From contig CAVWFS010000007.1 in assembly GCA_963754315.1 (NCBI GenBank), forward strand, positions 736,001-800,000: 64,000 nucleotides of DNA, written 5' to 3'. Both the position numbers and the translations under genes were made by a program. Below the pieces are notes generated by a model. The model had not been told where the DNA came from, did no database searches, and saw only the letters and a program-made list of their open reading frames with translations. Below, piece after piece: positions 1 to 9,908 of this stretch (the stretch's first letter is position 1; each line of letters opens with the position of its first letter). The stretch comes from an uncultured Candidatus Rokubacteria bacterium. GTDB lineage: Bacteria > Methylomirabilota > Methylomirabilia > Rokubacteriales > CSP1-6.

Positions 1-765
1 ACCGGAGTGACCGCGCGCAGCAGCAGCTCCAGCGCCATGGCCAGCATGGCTGTGATCAATGGCCCCGTGCGTCGCGAGATCGGCATGAACGCGGGCACCG
101 GCGCCATGGGACCGTACAGCCACGCCAACGCCACCATCGGACGCGCGTACGGCCTGCTCTCGCAAAATCTTCAGGGTGGCTCGGTCCCTGGGCTCAGCTA
201 CATGGGCAACCAGGGAAACAACTATGCATACAACAGCGTCACCTTCGCCGAGAACGAGGAACGGAGTCCGTGGGAGCCCTTCCACGTCCAGCACGGTTTC
301 GCCGCGGGCCAGAGCACGGTGAGCGTGTTCAGCGGCTGCCGGTCGACCGCGTTCACTCTTGGCCTGCGTGAAAAGCACTGGCGTGAGCATGTCGTCAACT
401 TGCTCCGTGGCATAGATCCGAGCGTTCCCCCCACCCTGTTGCTCGATCCCATTACCGCGCGCCAGTTCATCGACCGAGGCGGCTTCACCAAGAAAGAGGC
501 GCTCATCGACTGGCTCTACGAAGCTGCCCGCATGCCGGCCCGCGAGTACTGGGACTACCAGCTCGTCCAGAACTACATCTACCCGCGCGCCACCTTTGGG
601 GAGGAACCTTGGGCCTCGAAGCTTCGCGCGGCGCCCGAGGATTTGATCCCCATGTTTCGACGCGAGGATATCCATGTGGTCGTGGTCGGTGGCGAGACGA
701 ATGGGTACTGGCGCATCATGGGCTGCACGTATCAGAAGACGGGAGCCGTCGACGTCTGGCGGTAG
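1..765 (+). CDS. Conserved hypothetical protein, 5'-truncated by the window edge; resembles the large partner/fusion domain of UGSC-family (seleno)proteins
   Basis: Open frame to TAG at 763-765; recognisable motifs VINGP..REIGMN.G, NATIGRA and FAENEE.SPWEP.HV. Confidence 0.55.
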   Translation, partial: TGVTARSSSSSAMASMAVINGPVRREIGMNAGTGAMGPYSHANATIGRAYGLLSQNLQGGSVPGLSYMGNQGNNYAYNSVTFAENEERSPWEPFHVQHGFAAGQSTVSVFSGCRSTAFTLGLREKHWREHVVNLLRGIDPSVPPTLLLDPITARQFIDRGGFTKKEALIDWLYEAARMPAREYWDYQLVQNYIYPRATFGEEPWASKLRAAPEDLIPMFRREDIHVVVVGGETNGYWRIMGCTYQKTGAVDVWR

Positions 766-801
766 GGTCGCGAAGCTCGCGGGGACCGCACTCGGGCCCC
801 T

Positions 802-852
802 CCAGAAGCTCGGAGCGCCCCGAAGGTGCGCCGGGACGCTTCGAGCTTCTGG
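802..852. terminator. Long stem-loop between convergent genes (probable bidirectional terminator or degenerate REP-like element)
   Basis: CCAGAAGCTCGGAGCG (802-817) pairs with CGCTTCGAGCTTCTGG (837-852) with one G-U pair; lies between stops at 765 (+) and 861 (-). Confidence 0.55.
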
Positions 853-860
853 GCAGATAC

Positions 861-1460
861 CTACTTCTTGGCAGCGAGGCCGAGGCGCTGCTCGAGGACG
901 TTACGGACCTCGGACGCCGCCGCACGCCACAGCGGGCCACCGGCAGCCTCGTACTCGGTCTGAACCTGCTTGCGCATCTCGGCCATGGCGGCATCCTGCT
1001 GGTCCTTGGCCGCCACGTCGACCGTCTTGGCCCGGATCCCGAAGGTCTTGGCCGTCGCGGCGTGGGCCCGCTCGATCCAGCGCCCGATCTCGTTCCAGTC
1101 CTTGTCGAAGAAGACGACGACGGGAATGGACTGGTAACCATTGTTGAGGAAGGTGTCGCGCAGATCGGCGTTCTGGTCGCGGAAGAACACGCGCAGCTCG
1201 CAGTTGGGCATGGCTCCCGCAATGTGGGCGAGCAGCGGTGAGTTGCGATGGACGTCGCCGCACCAGTTCTCGGCGAGCATCAGTGCGTACCGCACCTGAG
1301 AGAGGCCGCCGAAGAACTTCTTTTCCTCGTCGGTCAGACCCGATCGATTATAGTTGTCCTCGGTGCGGGCGCGCGTATCGCCCATCTGAGCCATGTAGTC
1401 TTTCCAACTCAGGCCGGTGGAGAACCGCTGCGTGTCCAGGGGAATCTTCAGCTGAGCCAT
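861..1460 (-). CDS. Thioredoxin-family protein (Thioredoxin_9-like, WCGD motif)
   Basis: LAENWCGDVHRN and GYQSIPVVVFFD..W.ER; ATG at 1460 preceded by an AG-rich RBS. Confidence 0.85.
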   Translation of the reverse strand: MAQLKIPLDTQRFSTGLSWKDYMAQMGDTRARTEDNYNRSGLTDEEKKFFGGLSQVRYALMLAENWCGDVHRNSPLLAHIAGAMPNCELRVFFRDQNADLRDTFLNNGYQSIPVVVFFDKDWNEIGRWIERAHAATAKTFGIRAKTVDVAAKDQQDAAMAEMRKQVQTEYEAAGGPLWRAAASEVRNVLEQRLGLAAKK

Positions 1461-1563
1461 ATGCTTCTCTCCTCTCGTGAACTCGACCTTCGTTTCTTTT
1501 AAACATAAAACGGCCCCTCGCTCAAGTCGGGCCGCGTCGTGAGGTCGTGTATAGTACGGCCTC

Positions 1564-2613
1564 ATGAGCCATCCAGCCGGACCTCCGCGCTTCGTCACAT
1601 TGCCCGAGATTCGCCGTGCCGCCAAGCAGAAGGTACCCCGGGAAGTCTGGAACTTCGGCGCGGGAGGCGCGGAGACCGAAACGACCCTGCGCCGGAACCG
1701 CCGTCATCTCGGTCGTCTGGCTATTCAGCAGAACGTCCTTGTCGATGTCCGCACGATCGACCTTAGAACGAGCTTGCTGGGGGTTCCTCTCTCGTGGCCG
1801 GTCGCCGTTGCCCCCATGGGTGGCCTCGTCCTCTTCCATCCCGAGGGTGACGTCGAGATGGCGCGAGGGGCTGGCCGCGCCGATACCCTGCAGTGGCTGA
1901 GCGGTGCGACCGGATGGCCGGTTGAAGATGTCGCCAAAGCCGGCGGAGCTCCCCAGATGTTCCAGCTTTACCACCACGGTGACCGTGGCTGGGTGAGCGA
2001 GCTTCTCGCTCGCGTGGAGGCCTCCGGCTATAAGGCAGTGGCTCTCACCGTGGACACCCAGCTTTATGGTCGCCGCGAGCGCGACATTCTCGCTCGCTGG
2101 AGCCCGCGCAAGGCGATGGAGATCGCGCCCAACCCCCGCGGGCCGGATCCGGAGTATCAGGCCCGGCTCACCTGGGCCGATGTCGAATGGCTGATGAAGA
2201 CAACCCGGCTTCCCGTCGGCATCAAGGGCATCATGACCGTGCGCGACGCCCGCCGGGCAGTTGACATGGGCGTGCGACTCCTCTGGGTATCGAACCATGG
2301 CGGCCGACAGCTGGATCAGACGCAGTCGACGATCGACGCGCTCCCACCCATCGCAGATGCGGCGGCAGGCGCGGCCGAGATCGTGGTAGACGGCGGCTAT
2401 GCGCGCGGGACAGACGTGGTGAAAGGCTTGGCGCGTGGCGCGACCGTGGTGGCGGTTGGGCGCGCCGCACTGTGGGGCTTGGCCGCCGACGGCGCCGAAG
2501 GTGTCGCACGAGCCATGGCGATCTTGCGCGAGGAGATCATGACGACGATGGGTCTGTCGGGTCGCACGCGGATCGCCGAGCTCACGCCCGACCTGATCGT
2601 CAGAGCTGAATAG
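1564..2613 (+). CDS. FMN-dependent alpha-hydroxy acid oxidase/dehydrogenase
   Basis: VAPMG, LTVDT, IKGI, VSNHGGRQLD, VDGG and VGR motifs. Confidence 0.93.
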   Translation: MSHPAGPPRFVTLPEIRRAAKQKVPREVWNFGAGGAETETTLRRNRRHLGRLAIQQNVLVDVRTIDLRTSLLGVPLSWPVAVAPMGGLVLFHPEGDVEMARGAGRADTLQWLSGATGWPVEDVAKAGGAPQMFQLYHHGDRGWVSELLARVEASGYKAVALTVDTQLYGRRERDILARWSPRKAMEIAPNPRGPDPEYQARLTWADVEWLMKTTRLPVGIKGIMTVRDARRAVDMGVRLLWVSNHGGRQLDQTQSTIDALPPIADAAAGAAEIVVDGGYARGTDVVKGLARGATVVAVGRAALWGLAADGAEGVARAMAILREEIMTTMGLSGRTRIAELTPDLIVRAE

Positions 2614-2638
2614 TTGTAATGGGGGGGATCGTTTTAAT

Positions 2639-2789
2639 GGGGGGCCCCGACATGGCCCCCCATTCCCCCCACATACTCGGGGCACCGCGGGGAACCCGCG
2701 GCACCCCTCGGTCCTACGCTCGCTTCGGGGGCCCCGACATGGCCCCCCATTCCCCCAACGTTCGCCCCGTGGAACCCGGGGCACCCCTC
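2639..2789 (+). repeat. Two tandem copies of a GC-rich REP-like palindromic element
   Basis: GGGGGCCCCGACATGGCCCCCCATTCCCCC...GGAACCCG(C/G)GGCACCCCTC at 2639-2710 and 2727-2789. Confidence 0.85.
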
Positions 2790-3406
2790 TAGGAGCGGCC
2801 GGCGAGAGCGGGGCTGGTTTCGCGGAAGACGGGATTGTCCGTGCGGTCGACCAGGGCCTCGCTGCCTTCAGTCGGAAGCATCTCGGCGTAGTTCTGGGCC
2901 CCGTCGATGTCGTGTTCCCAGACCTCTCGCGGCAGCTCGTACAGCACCTCGATACCGTGACCATCCGGATCGGAGATGTAGACGCTGTGGGTCATGCCGT
3001 GGTTCACGCGGCGATGGAAGGTCACGCCCTTGCTTTGCAGGAACGCGACCTGCTTGAGCCATGACTCGCGGTCGGGCCAGGCGATGGCCACGTGGTTCAT
3101 TCCCACGCGCCCTGGCATCAGCTCCCACTGCTGGCGATCCCCGGCGGCCGCCTCGGGGGGCACTTCGGCCAGGGCCAGGTCGTGATGACTCAGCTCGCCA
3201 TGCTCGTGGACACCGCTGTAGAAGCGCATCTTGGGCCGCTGCCGGCCCGGAATGGACTTCAGCTCGGCGACACATCGAAAGCCCATGATCTCGGTCCAGA
3301 ACTGGTGCGAGGTATCAAGGTTCCGCACGTTGAGGACGAGGTGGTTGACCCCGCGCGGCGCCTGGGCCTTGTCCGGGGCTGGACCCTGCGTATCGGTCTT
3401 CTGCAT
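2789..3406 (-). CDS. VOC/glyoxalase family protein (catechol dioxygenase-like)
   Basis: GVNHLVLNVR, HHDLAL, GMNHVAI and HSVYISDPDGHGIEV; GGAGGT RBS before ATG 3406. Confidence 0.9.
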   Translation of the reverse strand: MQKTDTQGPAPDKAQAPRGVNHLVLNVRNLDTSHQFWTEIMGFRCVAELKSIPGRQRPKMRFYSGVHEHGELSHHDLALAEVPPEAAAGDRQQWELMPGRVGMNHVAIAWPDRESWLKQVAFLQSKGVTFHRRVNHGMTHSVYISDPDGHGIEVLYELPREVWEHDIDGAQNYAEMLPTEGSEALVDRTDNPVFRETSPALAGRS

Positions 3407-3479
3407 ATCGACCTCCCTATGGTTGCGATCCCCGATCGTGTGGCTTGCTCCAGACAATAGGCTCGCCCCTCGGCCCACG

Positions 3480-4451
3480 TCAAGCAAGCTCGGGGATGAC
3501 CCACCGGGGCTGGCGGCCGGCAGCGACGCGCTGGATGTTGTCGAAGCCGTTGCGAAACCGGGCCGTCCAGTTTTCCCAGGTCGGTCCCGCTGAATGCGGA
3601 GTCAGGGTGACGTTCGGCAGCGCGAAGAGGGGATGGTTCGGCGCCGGTGGCTCCTCGACCATCACGTCGAGCCCGGCCGCCGCGATCTGCCCTCCGGTCA
3701 GCGCTTTGTGCAGCGCGGTCTCGTCCACCACGGGTCCCCGGCACGTATTGATGAGAATCGCGGTCGGCTTCATCATGCCGAGCTCGCGCGGACCCAGCAT
3801 GTGACGGGTCGTATCGTCGAGCGGCACATGCAGGCTCACCACGTCCGACGTCCGCAGGAGCTCATCCAGCAGGACGAAGCGAACGGCCAGGGCATCCTCT
3901 TGGTCCTCGGTGAGGCGGGCGATGTCGTAGTACTGGACCGTCACGTCGAACGCAGCCGCGCGCCGGGCGACTTTCTTGCCGATGTTGCCGAGCCCCACGA
4001 TCCCCAGGGTCTTGCCGGCGAGCTCGTACACGCGCCCTTCTGCCAGGTTTCCGACGCGCCACTTGCCCGCCACCACGTCGTTGTGAAACCGGACCAGCCG
4101 CTTGAGGACGGCCAGCATCAGCATGATGGTGTGCTCGGCCACTGCGATCGCGTTGGCGCCGCCGTTGTTAGAGACGGGCACGCCGGCCTTGCGAGCAGCC
4201 TCCACATCGACGTGGTCGTACCCGGCGCTGAGGAGCTGCACCAGGCGGAGCTTCGGGGCGGCGCGGAAGAACTCGCCCCCCATGCGCCGGGCGAGGCCGA
4301 GGTAGTAGTCAGCCTCAGCGGCCGCCTGATAAAACTCGGGTGTGCCTATGTCGGCGACCACCAACTCGAATCCCGGCGGCGTCATGGATCGAGCCAGGTC
4401 GAGAATCACCTGGGGCTGTCCAGGGGCAAAAAGGATCTTGGCGGTCATCAC
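3480..4451 (-). CDS. D-isomer-specific 2-hydroxyacid dehydrogenase
   Basis: SAGYDHVD, AVAEH, GIVGLGNIG, LINTCRGPVVDE, LDV..EP and TPHSAG. Confidence 0.93.
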   Translation of the reverse strand: MMTAKILFAPGQPQVILDLARSMTPPGFELVVADIGTPEFYQAAAEADYYLGLARRMGGEFFRAAPKLRLVQLLSAGYDHVDVEAARKAGVPVSNNGGANAIAVAEHTIMLMLAVLKRLVRFHNDVVAGKWRVGNLAEGRVYELAGKTLGIVGLGNIGKKVARRAAAFDVTVQYYDIARLTEDQEDALAVRFVLLDELLRTSDVVSLHVPLDDTTRHMLGPRELGMMKPTAILINTCRGPVVDETALHKALTGGQIAAAGLDVMVEEPPAPNHPLFALPNVTLTPHSAGPTWENWTARFRNGFDNIQRVAAGRQPRWVIPELA

Positions 4452-4467
4452 AAGCTCCTTCTCTCAC

Positions 4468-4809
4468 TCACTGTTGCGCCAGTGGAATGGTGGCGGTCAG
4501 GCAAGGCTTGTTGCCGTGGACTCGTGTGGTATGTCCTTGACCCGTGGTGTCCTCGACCAGTCGAGCGTCGCCGGGGCCGAAGATGTGCTTGGAGCCGTCG
4601 CCGAGGCCGATCTCGAGCTGACCGGAAAGGATGATCACGAACTGCCGCCGGGGAGCCGGATGCCAGTCGAGATAGCGCCCCACCGGGTCCTCGCGGAACG
4701 CGATCTGTGTTGTGGCCAGCCCCTTCGTCCACTCCGGTGTGCGCCCCAGATCGATCGGCTCCACGTGTGACTGCCCATCGGAGCCCGTGTACAGCCGGAA
4801 CGTTGCCAT
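4468..4809 (-). CDS. Small cupin-domain protein
   Basis: RLYTGSDGQSH, WHPAPRRQFVIILSG and EDTTGQGH; GGAGG RBS. Confidence 0.85.
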   Translation of the reverse strand: MATFRLYTGSDGQSHVEPIDLGRTPEWTKGLATTQIAFREDPVGRYLDWHPAPRRQFVIILSGQLEIGLGDGSKHIFGPGDARLVEDTTGQGHTTRVHGNKPCLTATIPLAQQ

Positions 4810-4971
4810 GGCGGCCTCCTGTCCCTGGTGTTCGGAACCGACGCGAATGCTAACACACGCCGAACGGAGGCCAGGAGGGTCGGCCAGGGCACGGAGAGCG
4901 GCTGCCTGGCCTCACAGGGTATGCTCGGAGGTCGGCAGCCAGGTGCTCGGTCACGAAAGGAGCCAACGACG

Positions 4972-5934
4972 ATGAAAGCGATCCGCGTCTCAGCTTACGG
5001 CGACCCCTCCGTCCTCAAGCTGGAGGAGACACCTACCCCACAGCCTGGTCCCGATCAGGTCCTCGTGAGAAACCGGGCCGTCGGCGTGAATCCGGTCGAT
5101 ACATATCTCCGGTCGAACACCGACAACCGCGGTCCCAAGCTCCCCTACACCCCGGGCTCCGACGCGGCCGGAGTCGTGGAGGCGGTCGGGCCTGGTGTCA
5201 CCGGGGTAAAGGCCGGCGATCGCGTCTACGTGGGCGGAACGGCAACGGGCGCTTACGCGGAGCTGTCGCTCTGCGCGCCGAGCCAGGTCCATCCGCTGCC
5301 GGCTGCAGTCACCTTCGCCCAGGGAGCGGCCGTGAACGTCCCCTACGCGACCGCCTTCCACGCCCTCTTCAACCGCGGCCACGCCCAGGCGGGTGAAACG
5401 CTCCTCGTCCACGGCGCCAGCGGGGGCGTTGGGATCGGCGCCGTTCAGTTGGCCCGAGCGCGAGGGCTCACGGTGTTCGGTACGGCCGGGACCGACCGCG
5501 GTCGGCGGCTGGTCCTCGAGCAGGGCGCCCATCACGTCCTCGACCACACCGCACCGAACTACCTGAAGGAGGTCACAGACCTCACAGGGGGGCGAGGCCC
5601 GGACATCATCCTGGAGATGCTCGCCAACGTGAACTTGCAGAATGACCTCGGAATCATCGCCATGCGCGGACGGATCGTGGTCGTTGGCAATCGTGGTGGG
5701 ATCGAGATCAACGCGCGACTGGCCATGAACAAGGACGCCGCTATCATCGGGATGGCGCTCGGCCACGCCACACCGCCTCAGCTGCTAGGAATCCACGCCG
5801 CCCTCGTGGAAGGGCTGCGCAACTCGACCTTGCGGCCGGTCATCGGCCAGGAGCTGCCTCTGGCGCAGGCATCACGAGCTCATCAAGCCGTGATGGAGCC
5901 CGGACACTACGGAAAGGTCGTGCTGGTGGTTTGA
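4972..5934 (+). CDS. NADPH:quinone reductase (zeta-crystallin/MDR family)
   Basis: GVNPVD, PYTPGSDAAGVV, LVHGASGGVG and GKVVL; AAGGAG RBS before ATG 4972. Confidence 0.92.
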   Translation: MKAIRVSAYGDPSVLKLEETPTPQPGPDQVLVRNRAVGVNPVDTYLRSNTDNRGPKLPYTPGSDAAGVVEAVGPGVTGVKAGDRVYVGGTATGAYAELSLCAPSQVHPLPAAVTFAQGAAVNVPYATAFHALFNRGHAQAGETLLVHGASGGVGIGAVQLARARGLTVFGTAGTDRGRRLVLEQGAHHVLDHTAPNYLKEVTDLTGGRGPDIILEMLANVNLQNDLGIIAMRGRIVVVGNRGGIEINARLAMNKDAAIIGMALGHATPPQLLGIHAALVEGLRNSTLRPVIGQELPLAQASRAHQAVMEPGHYGKVVLVV

Positions 5935-5951
5935 GGGTCATCACGTGGAAT

Positions 5952-6021
5952 CGAGGGGCGCCCCGGGTTCCCCGGGGCGTCTCCGAGCGTCGGGGGGTTT
6001 GGGGGGCCGTCGAGGCCCCCC
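5952..6021 (-). repeat. REP-like element copy (inverted)
   Basis: Reverse complement reads GGGGGCCTCGACGGCCCCCCAAACCCCCCGACGCTCGGAGACGCCCCGGGGAACCCGGGGCGCCCCTCG; between convergent genes. Confidence 0.8.
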
Positions 6022-6032
6022 ATGTTCACGGT

Positions 6033-7184
6033 TCAGACATCCAAATGGTAGAGGCGGGCCACGTTCTCGCTGGTGATCTTGCGGCGCACGCGCTCGGGCA
6101 ACATACCCAGGTTCGCGTCGAGGTGGCGGCGCGATTCGGGCCAGATGCAATCCGGATGCGGGTAGTCGGCCCCCCAGATGATCGTGTCCTCACCGATCAG
6201 CGGAATAATCGGCTCCAGATACTGATCCTGCTGGTAGGTGACGTATCCCTGCCGCCGGAAATAGTCGCTCGGCTTCAGCGAGAAGCCCAGGGCGCGGGCC
6301 CGATCGTTATACTCGGTATCGAGCCGGTCGAACACGTACGGCAGCCACGTCACTCCGGACTCGCCGAGGACGAAATTGAAGTCAGGATACTTCTCACACG
6401 CGCCCGAGGCGATCAGGGATACCAGGACTTCCATGGTGTCGAGCTGGAAGAGGGCCGAGCGAACGAGCCGCCACTGCAGCATGTACTCCTGCTCCATCTG
6501 CGGCGTGTCGGGTGTCCGCAATCCCTTGAACCCGGTGGAATGAAACGAGATGGGGAAGTGGCACTCGGCCGCGGCCTCCCAGAGGGGGTACCAACCGTGA
6601 TGATAGAGAGGCGGGGTCATGCGCTTGAAGGCCAGGTCTCCGCCTCGCAACCCCATCTTGGCGCAGCGGCGCACCTCGGCGGCCGCGTCAGCAGGGTCAT
6701 TGTTGGGTACGATGGCCAGCGGGAAGACGCGGTTGGGATCGGAGCGCTTGGCAAAGTCGGCGGCCCAGTCGTTATAGATCTTGTTGGCCCAGGCCCGGCG
6801 CTCGCCGCTGTCGATGAGGTCGTTGATCATCAGGCAGCCGTAGACGATCTCCGCATCGAGGCCATCCCGGTCAAGGTCGGCCAAGCGCAGCTCGGGCGTT
6901 GTCGGGCGTGGCTGGGCCCCCGGACGGTTGTCCCATTCGAAGCCGATCTCTTTCATCTCGTCGATATGGCCGAACATGCCCTTCTGGTACTTGAGGAACC
7001 CCGGCCCCACGCCGTTCCACATCCCCTTGTCCTGAGCCTCGACGAACCAGTGCAGCCCATCCTCCAGCTCCTCGACGCGCGGCACGAGCAGCTTCCACTT
7101 GGCTGGAGCCAGCGACGACCAAAGATCGGAGGGCAAGTAGGTGAGATCGATGTGATTGTCGCCGGAAATCAGACGCTCTGGCAT
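6033..7184 (-). CDS. Amidohydrolase_2 family metal-dependent hydrolase/decarboxylase
   Basis: ISGDNHI, D.DRDG.DAE..Y, YNDW, FH, GESG..W.P and WGADYPHPD. Confidence 0.9.
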   Translation of the reverse strand: MPERLISGDNHIDLTYLPSDLWSSLAPAKWKLLVPRVEELEDGLHWFVEAQDKGMWNGVGPGFLKYQKGMFGHIDEMKEIGFEWDNRPGAQPRPTTPELRLADLDRDGLDAEIVYGCLMINDLIDSGERRAWANKIYNDWAADFAKRSDPNRVFPLAIVPNNDPADAAAEVRRCAKMGLRGGDLAFKRMTPPLYHHGWYPLWEAAAECHFPISFHSTGFKGLRTPDTPQMEQEYMLQWRLVRSALFQLDTMEVLVSLIASGACEKYPDFNFVLGESGVTWLPYVFDRLDTEYNDRARALGFSLKPSDYFRRQGYVTYQQDQYLEPIIPLIGEDTIIWGADYPHPDCIWPESRRHLDANLGMLPERVRRKITSENVARLYHLDV

Positions 7185-7360
7185 GGGGCACCCCTTTCGC
7201 TGAGGTGGACGAGTCGCGCACTCAAGATCCTACGCCCAATCCCAGCTCCGAGTCCATGGCGCCGGACGAGATTCCATCCTGGCTCACCCGGGATACGCTA
7301 TCCGGAACGCGACCGAACGTCCGGCGCGCCGCCCTCGAGCCTGACGAAAAGGAGCCACTC

Positions 7361-8107
7361 ATGCTGCGCCAGTGTCCCAACGGCGGCTATCGATTTCTTC
7401 CGGGCATCACGGCCTTTTCCTCCGGTGTCATCGCCACCGCAGGCTGGGAGATCGTCCATGCGACCTTGGGCGCGCCGTTGCCGTGGCGGGAGGGATTTGC
7501 GCGAATCGAGCGCCACCTCCGCCAGCACGGCCGACCGCGCGCCGCGCTGTGCGGAATCGAGCTGCGGAGCCCGGCACCGTTCACCTTCGAGGGGTTCGCC
7601 GCCTTTAACGACGGCTACCGCCGGCTATTGGCTGACTGGCAGATTCTCGTGGGCGACGACAACCCCATTCCCCGTACTAACGTTGCCCCGGTGTGGGCGG
7701 CCCCGGCCGAACCTGCGCTGTATGGCTTCGCCTACACCATGCCAGGCCTTACGCAAACTCCGACGTTCGTCGTAGCTGGGGCCGGTGAGATGCGCGACCG
7801 CGCCGAGGGCGCGGCGGGCATCATTCGTCACGGCGACACGACAGCGGACGCGATGCTGGAGAAGGCTCGGTTCGTGATGGGTGTCATGCAGAATCGGCTC
7901 CGCGCGCTCGGGGCGGAGTGGAGTCAGGTGACCACAATCGACGTCTACACGGCTCAGACCATGGGCGGGGCGCTCGTCCAGGAGATCCTCGCCCCCGCGG
8001 GGGCGGCGGCCATCCACGGTTTGCGCTGGTTCCCGAGTCGCCCCCCCATCAAGGGCCTCGAGTTCGAGGTGGACATGCGTGGGGTCGCGCGCGACGTTCT
8101 GCTCTGA
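7361..8107 (+). CDS. CnbZ-like (2-amino-5-chloromuconate deaminase-like) RidA-fold protein
   Basis: GYRFLPG..FSSGV, ALCGIELRSPAPF, NPIPRTNVAP and RPPIKGLEFEVD; AAGGAG RBS before ATG 7361. Confidence 0.7.
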   Translation: MLRQCPNGGYRFLPGITAFSSGVIATAGWEIVHATLGAPLPWREGFARIERHLRQHGRPRAALCGIELRSPAPFTFEGFAAFNDGYRRLLADWQILVGDDNPIPRTNVAPVWAAPAEPALYGFAYTMPGLTQTPTFVVAGAGEMRDRAEGAAGIIRHGDTTADAMLEKARFVMGVMQNRLRALGAEWSQVTTIDVYTAQTMGGALVQEILAPAGAAAIHGLRWFPSRPPIKGLEFEVDMRGVARDVLL

Positions 8108-8133
8108 AAGACGGCGCGCGCCGCTGGACGGTC

Positions 8134-8688
8134 TCAGTCCAGGCGACTCGGCGAGACGTGCCGGAGGGCCAGTTGCTGGGCGACCTGACGAATGTGCCCT
8201 TCAAGCCCCTTCAGCTGTTCCAGCATCTCCAGGTACACGGACGAGGCACGAGGTTCACAGACTCCTTCCAGTAGGCGCTGCTGGTGCGCCATGGCGTAAT
8301 CCTTCGCGAGCTGCGCGAACTGGATGCCGGAGCCGATGATATGACGCACTAGTACGCGGTTCTCGGTTACCAAGGCGTCGCGCAGACACTCCAGCAGTTC
8401 GATCCCTTTGTCGAACAGGCTGTTGATCTCGCGCATGGCCCGATCGGTGAACGGAACTTGCTCGTCCACCATCGCGCGTACGGTGGCCAGGAGCTCCAGG
8501 AGGCTTTTCACCGTTCCGGGTAGTGCGCCTTGCTCCAGGGCGTGACCGCGATACAGCTCCCTCATCAGGCGTTCGGCCGCGCTCAGCGGGCCACGGTCCT
8601 GACTCCGGAAGGCTTCCCAGCCGAGCTGGAGCAGCTCCACCGCGCATGTGCTGACTTCTCGAGAGGCTGGGACGGCGCCCGAACTCAT
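8134..8688 (-). CDS. PhoU-like helical-bundle protein (resembles the C-terminal domain of Na+/Pi cotransporters)
   Basis: VPFTDRAMREI..LF and HQQRLLEGVC.PRASSVYL..L..L. Confidence 0.6.
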   Translation of the reverse strand: MSSGAVPASREVSTCAVELLQLGWEAFRSQDRGPLSAAERLMRELYRGHALEQGALPGTVKSLLELLATVRAMVDEQVPFTDRAMREINSLFDKGIELLECLRDALVTENRVLVRHIIGSGIQFAQLAKDYAMAHQQRLLEGVCEPRASSVYLEMLEQLKGLEGHIRQVAQQLALRHVSPSRLD

Positions 8689-8832
8689 GGTCCATCACCC
8701 CCGGGACGGAACCCTGGCTCAACGGACAGAAGGGCGAGGCACTCTTCGTGAATCGACTGCGGGGACATACTATTCCTTGCCGGTTGACGGCGCCGCACGC
8801 GGATTCGTTCGTAAGTGTAGAATTAATGGCCC

Positions 8833-8860
8833 TTGCCAGTCAACGCAACAGATGTATAGT
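8833..8860 (+). promoter_or_regulatory. Putative sigma70 promoter for the radical SAM gene, overlapping an SOS-box-like motif
   Basis: TTGCCA (8833-8838), 16-nt spacer, TATAGT (8855-8860); CAACAGATGTAT overlaps the -10. Confidence 0.5.
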
Positions 8861-8866
8861 AGTAGG

Positions 8867-9766
8867 GTGCGCGCAGAGTACCGAGAAGAGCCGTGCAGGA
8901 GCGCCCTGAACCGGGTCGCCGGTATGCCGTTTCCGTGGTCTCTCAATCCCTACATGGGCTGCGTCCACCGCTGTACGTTCTGCTATGTGCGAGCGTTCGA
9001 GCGGCGCGCTGACCGGCCCGCCGGTGAGGAGTACGGGCGCACGATCCGGGTGAAAGTCAATGTCGTCTTCGTCCTGCGCCGAGAGTTGGCTCGCCCCGGC
9101 TGGCGTCGCGAGCTCGTCGCAATCGGCGCTGCCACCGATCCCTACCAGCCCGCAGAGGGACGCTACCGGCTCACGCGCGGGTGCCTGGAAGCCCTGGCCG
9201 GAGCGCATACACCGTTCAATCTGATCACTCGGGGACCTCTGATCGTGAGAGACATCGACGTACTGCAGACGGCGGCGGCGCAGGCGGACGTCGATGTCTG
9301 CTTTTCCCTCCCGACCCTGGACGAGTCGGTGTGGCGGAGAACCGAGCCGGGAACGGCGCCGCCGCGACAACGGTTGCGAGCCGTACGCGCTCTGGCCGAG
9401 GCGGGGATTCGCACGTCGGTGGGTATGGCGCCGATCCTGCCAGGAATCTCCGACCGCCCGGAGCAGTTGGCCGCTGTGGTCCGGGCGGCCCGGGAGGCGG
9501 GAGCGAGTCATCTCTGGGGAAACGTGGTTCATCTTCGCCCCGGCACGCGTGAGCACTTCCTCGACCATCTGGCGCGCGACTGGCCCGAGGAGCTCGACCG
9601 GTATCAGCGGCTCTTCGCCCGGGGCCCCTACATGGCCCGGCGGGACGCCGAGCCGATCTTGAGTCAGGTGGCTCGCCTGCGTGCAAGCTCTGGGATGGTC
9701 GAGCGGCGCCTCCCGCCGCCTGCTCCGCGACGGCCTCCGGAGCCCGAACAACTCGAGCTCGTCTGA
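8867..9766 (+). CDS. Radical SAM protein, Rv2578c/spore-photoproduct-lyase-like DNA repair family
   Basis: [16 protein letters not shown] (CxxxCxxC), [16 protein letters not shown] and APILPG.SD; start GTG 8867 (alternative ATG 8852). Confidence 0.88.
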   Translation: MRAEYREEPCRSALNRVAGMPFPWSLNPYMGCVHRCTFCYVRAFERRADRPAGEEYGRTIRVKVNVVFVLRRELARPGWRRELVAIGAATDPYQPAEGRYRLTRGCLEALAGAHTPFNLITRGPLIVRDIDVLQTAAAQADVDVCFSLPTLDESVWRRTEPGTAPPRQRLRAVRALAEAGIRTSVGMAPILPGISDRPEQLAAVVRAAREAGASHLWGNVVHLRPGTREHFLDHLARDWPEELDRYQRLFARGPYMARRDAEPILSQVARLRASSGMVERRLPPPAPRRPPEPEQLELV

Positions 9767-9908
9767 GCCCCCTTATCGGCGCGCTCCCCGGATCGGGGGA
9801 CGTGCGTTTCTGGAGGCTGGGCGAACGGCAGCGGTCGAGATACTCTCTCTGGCACAGGCGGGCCGCCCGAACACTTGCGCTCGGGCACGAGGCGGGAAGG
9901 AGCATCCG

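Noticed and set aside
1..765. Selenocysteine recoding in the UGSC-associated gene
   Set aside because: No in-frame TGA in the visible part; any Sec-containing region would lie outside the window.
2639..2789. Possible CRISPR array
   Set aside because: Only two adjacent copies, the intervening sequences are themselves related hairpins, other copies are dispersed, and there are no cas genes.
5931..7775. 614-aa plus-strand ORF and similar long ORFs (29721-31412, 37425-38960, 46909-48327, 50014-51675, 61591-63312)
   Set aside because: Antisense shadows of well-supported genes, expected in high-GC DNA; no motifs of their own.
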